Shown: positions 42,761-51,915 of the stretch, in pieces | Position numbering within the stretch: the stretch's first letter is position 1 | Layout: each line of letters starts with the position of its first letter | Notes under the pieces: generated by a model | What the model was told of the DNA's origin: nothing | Database searches by the model: none | Seen by the model: only the letters and a program-made list of their open reading frames with translations | Source: Acidobacteria bacterium RIFCSPLOWO2_02_FULL_67_21 | GTDB taxonomy: Bacteria; Acidobacteriota; Vicinamibacteria; Vicinamibacterales; UBA2999 | DNA: 53,318 nucleotides | NCBI GenBank assembly: GCA_001767195.1 | Contig: MEKU01000056.1 | Coordinates: 49,289-102,606, forward strand | Reading direction: 5' to 3' | Position numbers and translations under genes: made by a program

Positions 42761-44065
42761 CTAACTCTGCGTCGCGGCGCGTGGCCGCCGCCTGCGCCTT
42801 CGCCGCCGCCGCGGCGGCCCGGGTTCGGTCGCCTCCGCGTCGCCCTCGAACGCTCCTGCCGCTTCGATGAACCCGCGCCAGTGCTCGAGCGCCTCGGGCG
42901 CGCTGCCGTGAATCTCCAGCCAGGTGAGGGCCTCCCGGAACGGCCCTCGATGCATCAGCGCGCGCCGTGCACGGGGCGACGCGTCCTGGTCGAGCAGCCG
43001 CCGCTGGAGCGAGAGAACGTGCTGCAGGCGATCGACGTCGCGGCGCGGAAGCGGCAGCATGCCGAGCGAGAGCGCCGGCTCCTTCCCCCTGCCGGTGCGC
43101 ACCGCCGGCGCCGGCGCGAGCAGCCCGCCGATCCCCAGCCCCAGCGGAACGATGAGCGAGCCGAGCAGAATCGGGTTCGTGAGGGTGTCCGGCGTCTCCT
43201 CGAACCGGGCGAGATAGCGGTCGAGCGCCGCCAGCGACTGCCACAGCGCATCGCCGCAGCGGGTCTGGAACTGCGGCGCGATCGGCTCGAGCAGCCGGCG
43301 CTCGGCCAGCATCCGGAACGCCTTCTCGGAGGCGCCCGCCCGCAGCAGTTTGTAGAGCTCCTCGAGCAGCCGCGCCGGCGCGCTTTTCGCGATCTCGGTG
43401 CGATGCGCGGCAATGGCGGCGTCGATCGGCGGATCGATGGCGAAATCGAGCCGCGCCGCCATCGCGACCGCCCGCAGCATGCGAACCGGATCCTCCTGGA
43501 ACCGCTCGGTCGGGTCTCCGATGCACCGGATCAGGCGCGTGCGGAGGTCCTCGAGCCCCCCGGTGTAGTCGATGATGGAAAACGTGGCGATGTCATAGAA
43601 GAGCGCGTTGACGGTGAAATCCCGCCGGAACGCATCCTCTTCGGGCGTGCCGAACGTGTTGTCCCGGTGCAGCAGCCGCACGTGGCCGTCTGTGCCCTCC
43701 TCGTCAACCGGAATGGCGTGCGCCAGCTGGGCGTCGACGGCGGCGAGCTCTTCGGCGGACAGCTGGCGCCTGAACGTCGCCACCTCAATCGCCTTGGGTC
43801 CAAACCGCACGTGCGCCAGACGGAACCGGCGCCCGATGATCCAGCAGTTGCGGAACAGCCGCTTCACCTGATACGGATGCGCGGACGTGCCGATGTCGAA
43901 ATCCTTGGGCCGGTGGCCGAGCAGCAGATCGCGGACGCTGCCGCCGACGAGGTAGGCGAGGAAGTGGTGCTGATGCAGCCGATACAGAACTCGCAGGGCG
44001 TCGGGATCAATCTGCTTGCGTGAAACCGAGTGCGCGTCGCGCGGCACGATGACCGGCTGGCTCAT
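42761..44065 (-). CDS. pcnB: Poly(A) polymerase I / tRNA nucleotidyltransferase-family protein
   Basis: 434 aa with LVGGSVRDLLLG…PKDFDI (the nucleotidyltransferase GG-x-VRD and DxD). FRNCWIIGRRFRLAHV is typical of PcnB. It has an Arg-rich C-terminal tail (PRRRRRRRRRPR). Confidence 0.85.
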   Translation of the reverse strand: MSQPVIVPRDAHSVSRKQIDPDALRVLYRLHQHHFLAYLVGGSVRDLLLGHRPKDFDIGTSAHPYQVKRLFRNCWIIGRRFRLAHVRFGPKAIEVATFRRQLSAEELAAVDAQLAHAIPVDEEGTDGHVRLLHRDNTFGTPEEDAFRRDFTVNALFYDIATFSIIDYTGGLEDLRTRLIRCIGDPTERFQEDPVRMLRAVAMAARLDFAIDPPIDAAIAAHRTEIAKSAPARLLEELYKLLRAGASEKAFRMLAERRLLEPIAPQFQTRCGDALWQSLAALDRYLARFEETPDTLTNPILLGSLIVPLGLGIGGLLAPAPAVRTGRGKEPALSLGMLPLPRRDVDRLQHVLSLQRRLLDQDASPRARRALMHRGPFREALTWLEIHGSAPEALEHWRGFIEAAGAFEGDAEATEPGPPRRRRRRRRRPRAATQS

Positions 44066-44128
44066 CTACCTCCTGACTCCCAATCCTTGCCCCCTTGCCC
44101 CCTGAATTGTAATGCTACGATCGGCGGG

Positions 44129-44938
44129 ATGCGAGGTCGCACCGCGGTGTGGGTTGCGCTTGTGATGTCGATCGGCGCCGGGCCGGTCGCGGCCGCAGAG
44201 CACCCGTCGCTCGCGAAAGCGCGGGCCCTCTATAACGCGGCCGACTACGACGCCGCGATCGCGGCGGCGTCGACGGCTCGGGCCGACCCGGCGGCGGCCG
44301 ACGCCGCGGCCCTTGTGGCGGCGCGATCGCACCTCGAACGGTACCGCCTTCGCTCGTCCGACCCCGCCGATCTGGCTGCCGCCCGCGAAGCGCTCAGCGC
44401 CGTCCGCCTGGCGGCCCTCTCGCCGCGCGATCAGGTCGACGTCTGGGTCGGGTTTGGCCAGGCGCTGTACCTGTCGGACATGTTCGGGGCCGCGGCGGAG
44501 CTCTTCGAGACCGCGCTCGGCGGCGCCGCGCTGCTGCCGCTCCGCGACCGATGGCTGCTGCTCGACTGGTGGGCGACCGCCCTCGACCGCGAGGCGCACG
44601 CGGCCGGCGCGGAACGCCGCACGATGGCGCTGCAGCGGGTGATGGCGAGGATGGAGGACGAGCTGCAGCAGGATCCCACCAGCGCGCCCGCGAACTACTG
44701 GATGGCCGTCTCGGCCCGCGGCACCGGCAATCTGGAGCGCGCGTGGAGCGCCGCGGTGGCGGCCTGGGTGCGCGCGCCGCAGCGCCCCGACACCGCGCCC
44801 ACGCTGCGCGCCGACATCGACCGGTTCGTGACGACCGTGCTCATTCCCGAGCGCGCCCGCGCGCGTGGCGCCCGCGAGCAGGCGGCGGCCGGCGAGCTGC
44901 GAGCGGAGTGGGACCTGGTGAAGGAACAGTGGCCGTGA
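44129..44938 (+). CDS. Hypothetical secreted Ala-rich helical (TPR-like) protein
   Basis: Trimmed to the ATG at 44129 (signal peptide MRGRTAVWVALVMSIGAGPVAAAE), giving 269 aa. I recognise no specific family. Confidence 0.6.
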   Translation: MRGRTAVWVALVMSIGAGPVAAAEHPSLAKARALYNAADYDAAIAAASTARADPAAADAAALVAARSHLERYRLRSSDPADLAAAREALSAVRLAALSPRDQVDVWVGFGQALYLSDMFGAAAELFETALGGAALLPLRDRWLLLDWWATALDREAHAAGAERRTMALQRVMARMEDELQQDPTSAPANYWMAVSARGTGNLERAWSAAVAAWVRAPQRPDTAPTLRADIDRFVTTVLIPERARARGAREQAAAGELRAEWDLVKEQWP

Positions 44939-44971
44939 GGAGAGACACAAGGCGCTAAAGAACGTTTCCAC

Positions 44972-45042
44972 GAGCCACAGAGCCACAGAGGCACAGAGCT
45001 TTTTGAGTGAATTCCTTCTCTGTGTCTCTGTGACTCTGTGGC
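44972..45042. repeat. Periodic-unit hairpin, CACAGAG flavour
   Basis: gagccacagagccacagaggcacagag, a 19-nt loop, then ctctgtgtctctgtgactctgtggc. It lies in the convergent TPR-like/polA spacer. Confidence 0.85.
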
Positions 45043-45063
45043 CCCGTGAAAGTGAAGGCGGTT

Positions 45064-47790
45064 TCAGGGCTTCGCGTCGCGCCAGTTCTCGGCAATCCCT
45101 ACATCGACCGTCAGCGGCACCTTGAGCGCCGCGGCCCCTTCCATCCGCTCGCGGACGATCTCGGCGGCCCCTTCGGCTTCTTCCCGCGGCGCTTCGAACA
45201 GCAGCTCGTCGTGCACGGTGAGGATCATCCGCGTGCGCAGGCGGCGCCCGGCCAGCTCGGCGTGGAGATCGATCATCGCCTTCTTCAGGATGTCGGCGGC
45301 GGTGCCCTGAATCGGCATGTTGATCGTCTCGCGTTCGGCCCGTGCCCGGATCTGGCCGTTGCGGCTGTTCAAGTCGGGGACGAGCCGCCGACGCCCGAAC
45401 AGCGTCTTCACGACGCCCGTCTCGCGGGCGCGCGCCACCGTGTCATCGATGAACGCCCGGACGCGTGGAAAACCGGCGAAGTAGGCCGTGATGAATGCCT
45501 GCGCCGCCTCCTGCGTCACACCGATGTCCTTCGCGAGCGTGAACGCCGTCTTTCCGTAGAGCAGCGCGTAGTTCACGATCTTCGCCCGGCGCCGGAGCTC
45601 GTGCTTGTCCAGGCCGCTGTTCGCGCCGAACACCTTCATGGCCGTGCGGTCGTGGATGTCCTCATTGGCGGCGAACGCGTCGATGAGCGCCGGCTCGTCG
45701 GCGAGGTGCGCCAGCACGCGCAGCTCGATCTGCGAATAGTCGGCGGAGATGAGCACATGGCCGGGCGCCGCGATGAAGGCGCGGCGGATCTCCCGCCCCA
45801 GCTCGGTCCGGATCGGGATGTTCTGCAGGTTGGGATCCGAGCTGCTCAGCCGCCCCGTCGCCGCGACCGCCTGGTTGAAACAGGTATGGACGCGGCCGGT
45901 GGCGGGGTGCACGACCTGCGGGAGCGCGTCGATGTAGGTGCTCTTCAGCTTCTGCAGCGCGCGCCATTCCAGCACGAGCCGCGGAACCTCGTGCGTCGCC
46001 GCCAGCTCCTCGAGCACCTCGAAGGCGGTGGACGCAGAGCGGGTCTTGCCCGTCTTCCTCAGCGTGGGAAGCTGCAGCTTCTCGAACAGGATCTCGCCAA
46101 GCTGCCGCGGCGAGTTGATGTTGAACTCCTGGCCCGCCAGCTCGTAGATGCGCGAGGTATACCGGGCCAGCTCGCGCTCGATGTGCTGCGACTGGGCGGC
46201 CAGCGCAGGCCCGTCGATCAGGATGCCGGCGCGCTCGAGATCGGCGAGTACGGGCAGGAGCGGCATCTCCAGGTCCCGGAAGACCTGTTCGAGCGAGTCG
46301 GTCACGAGCAGCGGCGCCAGCCGGTTCGACAGCTGGCGCGCCAGATCGGCCCGCTCGCCGGCGAAATTGAGCACGGCCGCCGGGGGCTGCGCGGCGAGCG
46401 GCGTCGCCCTGGCGCCGCGCCCGCATACGTCCTCTTCGGTCAGCGCCTTGTAGCCGAGATGCTCGATCGAGGTCTCCTCGAGCGGGTGGCCGGGCCGCGT
46501 GGCATCGAGCAGATAACTGGCCAGCATCGAGTCGAAGGTGAGCCCCCGCAGGTCGATCCCCTGGTTCTTGAGCACGACGACGTCGAATTTAAGATCGTGG
46601 CCGACCTTGCGAATCGATGCGTCTTCGAGCAGCGGCTTGAGCCGTTCGAGGGCGGCCTCGCGGGCAATCTGCGGCGCCGCATCACCCCCCGACAGCAGAT
46701 CGGCTCCGCCCGCGGGCCCATGACCGAGCGGCACGTAGCGTGCCTGGCGATCGGCCGTCGAGAAGGCCATCCCGACGACCCCGCCCCGCATCGCCAGCGG
46801 CTGGTCGGGAATGACGCGCAACGCGAACTCCCCGGCCGCGCGCAGGTCGCCGATCAGCGCCTCGAGCCCGGCCAGGCTGTCGACGAGCGCATAGTCCTTC
46901 GCGACGGTGTCTGCCGTCGGAGCGAATTCGTTGACGAGCGATCGGAACGCGAGCCGGGAGAAGAGCTCGTAGCAGCGCTCGCGTGAAGCGCCGCGGTATC
47001 GCAGGGATTCGAAATCGACGTCCAGCGGCACATCCCGGCGGATCGTCACCAGCTCCCGGCTGCGGAGGGCCGCCTCGCGGTGCGCGAGCAGGGCCTCCCG
47101 GTACTTGCGCTGAGCCAGGTCGCCGGCGTGCTCCAGCAGCGCATCCAGGCCGCCGGACGCCGCGATCAGATCGATCGCCCCCTTCTTGCCGATGCCGGGG
47201 ACGCCGGGGATGTTGTCGCTGGTGTCACCGACCAGCGCGAGCACGTCGACCACATGCGCGGGCGCGACGCCGAACTTCCCGGCGACGGCCGCTTCGTCGA
47301 ACCATGCACCGTCCTCGCGCGGGTCGTACACGCGTATGGATCCCGCCGGGTCGTCGCGCACGAGCTGGAAGAAATCCTTGTCGATCGAGACGATCGCCAC
47401 GTCAAAGCCGGCCGGAACCGCACGCTCCGCCAGCGTCCCGATCACATCATCGGCCTCGTACCCCTGGGCGGTGAGGATCGGCACGCCGAGCGCTTCGCAG
47501 GCCTCGTGCACCCAGGCGATCTGCTCGGCCAGGTCGTCCGGCATGGCGGCGCGCGTGGCCTTGTAGTCGGCGAACAGATCGTCCCGGAACGTGCGGCCGG
47601 CCAGATCGAACGAGGCGGCGATGTACTCGGGATGATGATCGTTCATCAGCTTCCGCAGCATCGTGACGAACACGTAGACCGCGTGGGTGGTGTGGCCCTC
47701 CTGGTTCGTCAGCCCGCGGCCACGGAACGCGTGATACGCGCGGTACATCTGGGAGCTGCCGTCGATGAGGAAGAGGACGGGGCGGGACAT
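45064..47790 (-). CDS. polA: DNA polymerase I
   Basis: Trimmed to the ATG at 47790 (MSRPVLFLIDGSSQMYRAYHAF, the 5'-nuclease start), giving 908 aa. The polymerase motifs are ISADYSQIELRVLAH (A), PIQGTAADI and VHDELLFEAP (C). Confidence 0.95.
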   Translation of the reverse strand: MSRPVLFLIDGSSQMYRAYHAFRGRGLTNQEGHTTHAVYVFVTMLRKLMNDHHPEYIAASFDLAGRTFRDDLFADYKATRAAMPDDLAEQIAWVHEACEALGVPILTAQGYEADDVIGTLAERAVPAGFDVAIVSIDKDFFQLVRDDPAGSIRVYDPREDGAWFDEAAVAGKFGVAPAHVVDVLALVGDTSDNIPGVPGIGKKGAIDLIAASGGLDALLEHAGDLAQRKYREALLAHREAALRSRELVTIRRDVPLDVDFESLRYRGASRERCYELFSRLAFRSLVNEFAPTADTVAKDYALVDSLAGLEALIGDLRAAGEFALRVIPDQPLAMRGGVVGMAFSTADRQARYVPLGHGPAGGADLLSGGDAAPQIAREAALERLKPLLEDASIRKVGHDLKFDVVVLKNQGIDLRGLTFDSMLASYLLDATRPGHPLEETSIEHLGYKALTEEDVCGRGARATPLAAQPPAAVLNFAGERADLARQLSNRLAPLLVTDSLEQVFRDLEMPLLPVLADLERAGILIDGPALAAQSQHIERELARYTSRIYELAGQEFNINSPRQLGEILFEKLQLPTLRKTGKTRSASTAFEVLEELAATHEVPRLVLEWRALQKLKSTYIDALPQVVHPATGRVHTCFNQAVAATGRLSSSDPNLQNIPIRTELGREIRRAFIAAPGHVLISADYSQIELRVLAHLADEPALIDAFAANEDIHDRTAMKVFGANSGLDKHELRRRAKIVNYALLYGKTAFTLAKDIGVTQEAAQAFITAYFAGFPRVRAFIDDTVARARETGVVKTLFGRRRLVPDLNSRNGQIRARAERETINMPIQGTAADILKKAMIDLHAELAGRRLRTRMILTVHDELLFEAPREEAEGAAEIVRERMEGAAALKVPLTVDVGIAENWRDAKP

Positions 47791-47825
47791 GCGGATGGCT
47801 TCAGGCCGCAGGATATCATTGGGCT

Positions 47826-48563
47826 TTGATGGCATCCGGACGGCGGCGGATCGCAGGCGTCGCAGGGCTCGTGACGGCTGCCGTGCTCGCCTCCGGGTGC
47901 AGCCGTGCGGCGCTGCTCGAGCCCGAGTACGAGTACGAAGAGGAGGTCTACCTCTCGCTCGACGGCTCGGCGCGGGTGAACGTCCATGCGTCGGTTGCCG
48001 CGCTCGTGGCGCTCCGCGGCGCAATTCTAGATCCCGATCCGCTGGCGCGCCTCGATCGCGACTACGTGCGCCGGTTCTTCGGCGCGCCGGCCAACCGCGT
48101 CTCCGTCAGCCTGGCACGACGCGACGGCCGCCGCCTCATTCACGCGGGCATTCAGGTCGACGACCTGCGGCAGGTGTCGAAGCTGGCGCCGTTCGCCTGG
48201 TCGGAGTACCGGCTCGAGCGGCGCAGCGACACGTTCGAGTACCGCCAGTCAGTCGGCGCGCCGGCCGCCCCCGGCCGCCGGCTGCCGCCCTGGACCGGAC
48301 AGGAGCTCGTCGCGTTCCGGTTCCATCTGCCGAGCGAAGTGACGTTCCACAACGCGCCGTCGGGCGAGATCGAGCGTGGCAACATCCTGCGGTGGGCGCA
48401 GCCGCTCGGCGAGCGGCTCGACGGGCGCCCGGTGGACATTCAGATGCAGTTCGAGGCCACGTCCATTCTCGCCAACACCCTGCTCCTCTTCGGCGCCACG
48501 ATGGTGGCCGCGCTGGCCGCGATGGCGGGGGTGGTGTGGTGGATCAGACGGAGCGGGACATAA
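47826..48563 (+). CDS. Hypothetical lipoprotein with C-terminal TM helix
   Basis: It has a lipobox (VLASGC) and a C-terminal hydrophobic helix (LLLFGATMVAALAAMAGVVWW). It is divergent from polA. Confidence 0.65.
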   Translation: MMASGRRRIAGVAGLVTAAVLASGCSRAALLEPEYEYEEEVYLSLDGSARVNVHASVAALVALRGAILDPDPLARLDRDYVRRFFGAPANRVSVSLARRDGRRLIHAGIQVDDLRQVSKLAPFAWSEYRLERRSDTFEYRQSVGAPAAPGRRLPPWTGQELVAFRFHLPSEVTFHNAPSGEIERGNILRWAQPLGERLDGRPVDIQMQFEATSILANTLLLFGATMVAALAAMAGVVWWIRRSGT

Positions 48564-48620
48564 AATCCCAAATCCCAAAGACCGCACTTGTTGGGATTTG
48601 GTCATTGGGATTTGGGATTT
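48563..48620. repeat. Periodic-unit hairpin, ATCCCAA flavour
   Basis: aaatcccaaatcccaaag, a 10-nt loop, then ttgggatttggtcattgggatttgggattt. It lies in the convergent lipoprotein/BON spacer. Confidence 0.85.
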
Positions 48621-48623
48621 GTC

Positions 48624-49166
48624 TTACAGCCGCTCCAGCTCCGCCGTGACCTCGGCGTCGGTTTTCAGATTGTTCGTCACCGAGAAGGCGCCGAACGAGC
48701 CGGCGATCGACCGCGCGAGCATCCGGTCGATGTTGCTGTTCACCACGCCCTCCAGCGTCACCCGGCCGTTCTCGACGATGACGTGAATGGGCGGGTTCAC
48801 CATCGCGCCATACGACCAGAAATTGGCGTTGCCGTAGATCGCCCGTGCAATCCCCAGCCGGAGCTCGTCATCGAACATCGAGACCGGCAGCACCGAGATC
48901 TCGTTCTTGACGGTGCGGACACCTGCCACGCGTGCGACCCGCTCGGCGATCGCGTCGCGCTTGTACGGCATCGTCACCTTCCCCGTGAGGGTCACCGCGC
49001 CGTCGGCGACCGTGGCGTGAATGCTGTCGAAGATCGTGAAGTACGGATAGCGCAGCACCTGCTGCGAGACCTCGCGGAAGATCTGCAGGTCCTCGCGGTC
49101 GGCCGCCCAGGCTGGTGCGCTCATCGCGAACATCACGATGATGGTGGCAACAATCCTGGTACACAT
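48624..49166 (-). CDS. BON domain-containing protein (two BON domains, OsmY-like)
   Basis: It has a signal peptide and two repeats of the VTLTGKV…V.GV..V.N pattern. Confidence 0.8.
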   Translation of the reverse strand: MCTRIVATIIVMFAMSAPAWAADREDLQIFREVSQQVLRYPYFTIFDSIHATVADGAVTLTGKVTMPYKRDAIAERVARVAGVRTVKNEISVLPVSMFDDELRLGIARAIYGNANFWSYGAMVNPPIHVIVENGRVTLEGVVNSNIDRMLARSIAGSFGAFSVTNNLKTDAEVTAELERL

Positions 49167-49347
49167 GTCGTCTTCCTCCGTGTTGTGTCGTCGCTGGGCC
49201 GGCCGTGCCGGCCGGCGTCCGGAAAGATCCGAGGCAAAGAGACTGCCAGGCGGCAGCGCCTCGGAATTGGTCGAAATTCAAGAAAAAACGACGGGTTCCG
49301 GCGGCTCCCAGGCGTTGCCCGCCCGGGGTGTCCTCCCTCGGGGGCGG

Positions 49348-50079
49348 TCAGAGGATGAGCATCGTGACGACGCCGGCCGCGATCAGCAGGATCTGCCGGA
49401 GAGAGCCGGCGTCGGTGCGGCCGCGGTGCAGGCCCGGAATCAGGTCGGCCATGGCGACGTACAGGAAACTGGCCGCGGCGAGCGCCAGAAAATAGGGCAG
49501 CAGCTGCGGCACGACGTCGAACGCCACGAACGCGACAACGGCCCCGACGGCGCTGGCCAGGCCCGACAGGACGTTGAGCAGCAACGCCCGGCCGCGGGCA
49601 TAGCCGGCATGCAGGAGAATCGCAAACTCGCCGACCTCCTGCGGGATCTCGTGCGCGGCCACCGCTATCGCGGTGCTGACGCCCAGCGGCACCGACGTCA
49701 TCACGGCGGCCGCCACCACGGCGCCGTCGACGAAGTTGTGAAACGCGTCGCCGACGAGGACCGGCACCACGCTGCTCTCGTGCACTTCGCAGTCGTGGAC
49801 GTGGCAGTGGCGCCACAAGACCAGCTTCTCGAGCACGAAGAAGAGGAGGATGCCCCACAGCAGCGTCGCGAACACGCGCGAGGGCGGCAGCTGCTCCAGG
49901 GTGGTCGGCAGCAGCGCCAGGATGGACACGCCCAGCAGGGCGCCGACGGCATAGCTGACGAGCCACGGCACCAGCCGGGACCGGGTGGAGTCCTTGATGA
50001 GGAGCACGCCGGAGGCGACGAGCAGGCCGCCAAGCCCGCCGACCAGGCTCAGCCCGAGCGCGATAAAGAACGTGGACAC
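49348..50079 (-). CDS. ZIP-family divalent metal transporter
   Basis: 243 aa with about 8 TM helices and the conserved HNFVDG and HEIPQEVGEF motifs. Confidence 0.85.
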   Translation of the reverse strand: MSTFFIALGLSLVGGLGGLLVASGVLLIKDSTRSRLVPWLVSYAVGALLGVSILALLPTTLEQLPPSRVFATLLWGILLFFVLEKLVLWRHCHVHDCEVHESSVVPVLVGDAFHNFVDGAVVAAAVMTSVPLGVSTAIAVAAHEIPQEVGEFAILLHAGYARGRALLLNVLSGLASAVGAVVAFVAFDVVPQLLPYFLALAAASFLYVAMADLIPGLHRGRTDAGSLRQILLIAAGVVTMLIL

Positions 50080-50096
50080 GCCAGGGGCATCATAAG

Positions 50097-51110
50097 TCAG
50101 GACGCGATGTAGCCCTTGCGCGCCCGCACGGCGAGGCGGCGGTCCTTTACTTCGACCCGGATCGTGTGCCAGCGGCCGTCCCGCTGTCCGGGGCTGACAT
50201 AGCCGAGCGAGTACTGTTTGCTCAGCTCGTCAGCGAGCCGGGCCGTGGCCGCGTCGAGGTCGCCGAAGCGGCGGAGGATCTCCGTGCGTCCGCCGGTGTC
50301 ATCGGTGATGTCGTGCAGCGCATCGGCGTTGACGCGCTCGGCGGTCCGGCCGATCGGGTTTCCTCCGATGATGGGCGGCAGGCGCCGCCCCGGGCCGCGT
50401 CCGGGGATCGGGAACGGCAGGGGCACCGGGACGCGCGTCGTCGGGCGCCGCCGGGACATCTGCTGAACGCCGTCCACGCCGAGCGCGTACACCAGCACTT
50501 CGCTCTCTCGAATCATCTTCCGCAGCTCGCCCGGAGAGGTGCGGCTGCTCGTGTCGTTGCCGTCGGAGATGACGAGCAGCGACTTCTTCGGGTGCTCGCC
50601 GATGCTCGCCAGCGGCAGCGCGTCCGCAATCGCGTCGTAGAGCGCCGTCCCCCCGGCCGGCGACACGCGGCCGACCGCGCGGCTGATCGCCCGGCGATCG
50701 CGCGTCCATTCCTGAATCACGTCCGGCCTGCTGGCAAACTGGAGAAAGAAGAGTTCGTCGTCCGGGCCGAGCAGGTCGTAGATGAATCGGTCGATGGCCG
50801 CGCGCGCCGACGACATCTTGTCGGCGGTCATGCTGCCGCTGGCGTCGAGCGCAATCCCGAGGCTCACCGGCACGCGCTCGTTGCTGAAGTGCGCGATCTC
50901 CTGCGCCTCGCCGTCTTCGTAGACGATGAAGTCGTCGCGCCGGAGCCCCGACACGAACCGGCCGTCGCCATCGGTGACCGTCGCCGTGACGTTGATCAGC
51001 TCCACGCCGCTGCGGAAGCTCGGGCCCTCCTGCGCCGTGCCGGCAAGGGAGAAGATGCCCGCGAGCATGACCGCGGCGGCGAGCAGCGTGTGCGGGCGCA
51101 TGCGCAACAT
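50097..51110 (-). CDS. VWA domain-containing protein (TIGR03436 type), paralogue of 17041..18042
   Basis: Trimmed to the ATG at 51110 (signal peptide MLRMRPHTLLAAAVMLAG). FRSGVELINVTATVTDGDGRFVSGLRRDDFIVYEDG is followed by LDASGSM. Confidence 0.8.
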   Translation of the reverse strand: MLRMRPHTLLAAAVMLAGIFSLAGTAQEGPSFRSGVELINVTATVTDGDGRFVSGLRRDDFIVYEDGEAQEIAHFSNERVPVSLGIALDASGSMTADKMSSARAAIDRFIYDLLGPDDELFFLQFASRPDVIQEWTRDRRAISRAVGRVSPAGGTALYDAIADALPLASIGEHPKKSLLVISDGNDTSSRTSPGELRKMIRESEVLVYALGVDGVQQMSRRRPTTRVPVPLPFPIPGRGPGRRLPPIIGGNPIGRTAERVNADALHDITDDTGGRTEILRRFGDLDAATARLADELSKQYSLGYVSPGQRDGRWHTIRVEVKDRRLAVRARKGYIAS

Positions 51111-51337
51111 CAAAGGTCCAAGGTCAGAAGTACGAAGTCGGGTCGCCGGTCGAACGTCGCCGTGACGGCGGAAAAGCCTGGAGTCGAATTCCGGGGAGCG
51201 ACGGCAAAAGGCTTGCCTGCGGCCGCCGCGCGTTTCCCGCATATTTTGCCACGGTTCGGCCGGGAGGGGGGCGGGCATCGCACGATTCGGGCGGCGCGGT
51301 GTCGCCGATGCGGGACGGCCCGTCCGCAAACGAGGAC

Positions 51338-51886
51338 TCAGGACTGTGGCTTGAGCCCTTCGATGAACCGATGGCCTTCACGTTCGGCGAGCAGGCGCGC
51401 GGGCCTGAAGCCTGCCGCGTGCAGTGCCGAGAGCGTCCCGCCGGAGTCGGCGGCGGGAGCGCTCCCGAACCGCCCGAGCAGCCCCTGCCGGGCCGCGTCG
51501 ATGACGATGAGGCGTCCGCCGGGGCGCAGCACGCGGTGCGCGTGACCAAGCAGCGCAGCGCCCGCCGCGCCGTCGAGCGCGGCACCGACGCCGCCCGCGT
51601 GCAGCACGACGACATCGAACGAGCCGTCCGCGAGCGGCAGTGCCTCGAGGGGCGCGACGTGCACGTCGGTGAGCGCACCGGAGGCCGCCGCCGCCGCGCG
51701 CGCCGCCGCTGCCGCGCGCTCGGTCGCCACCACAATCGCGGCATGGCCGCTCAAGCCGACCTTCGCCGCAATCGCGCCGACCAGCGACGCGTCGTCGACG
51801 CCGATCTGCAGCACGCGCTCGCCCGTGCGCACGCCGCTCATGACGATTGGAAGACGTTCGAGCTTCGACTTGCGCAGAAAGAACAT
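51338..51886 (-). CDS. Class I SAM-dependent methyltransferase
   Basis: I prefer the ATG at 51886. It has RVLQIGVDD (glycine-rich motif I variant), FDVVVL and GGRLIVID blocks. Confidence 0.65.
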   Translation of the reverse strand: MFFLRKSKLERLPIVMSGVRTGERVLQIGVDDASLVGAIAAKVGLSGHAAIVVATERAAAAARAAAAASGALTDVHVAPLEALPLADGSFDVVVLHAGGVGAALDGAAGAALLGHAHRVLRPGGRLIVIDAARQGLLGRFGSAPAADSGGTLSALHAAGFRPARLLAEREGHRFIEGLKPQS

Positions 51887-51915
51887 CAATTTTCCTCATG
51901 ATATAGTGGCCGATT

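Noticed and set aside
45046-46986. 646-aa plus-strand ORF opposite polA (also 47080..47829 and 47765..48649)
   Set aside because: These are antisense or out-of-frame shadows of polA and of the lipoprotein gene. They have no motifs and Arg-rich composition.
45064-48024. Long N-terminal extensions of track ORFs (polA 986 aa; also kbl to 12209, AI-2E to 15794, rmuC to 36276, VWA to 51329)
   Set aside because: The extensions are Arg/Pro/Ser-rich, cross repeat elements or neighbouring genes, and precede canonical family N-termini. I trimmed each to the internal start that restores the typical protein length.
4211-48620. Could the periodic repeats be CRISPR arrays or coding tandem repeats?
   Set aside because: The units are only 7-9 nt with no spacers. 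Each locus is an inverted pair of arms and is less than 100 nt long. The loci lie outside the trimmed coding regions, at most reaching a stop codon or the last few codons. ORFs that read through them (for example 3948..4304, 7848..8381 and 17918..18901, giving WELGSWEL or HEGHE peptides) are artefacts.
49290-49347. Possible intrinsic terminator after the ZIP transporter gene (GC-rich segment followed by TTTTTT on the minus strand near 49276-49300)
   Set aside because: A T-run is present, but I could not find a convincing stem of at least 6-7 bp immediately before it by eye. It needs a folding program, so I do not report it as a feature.
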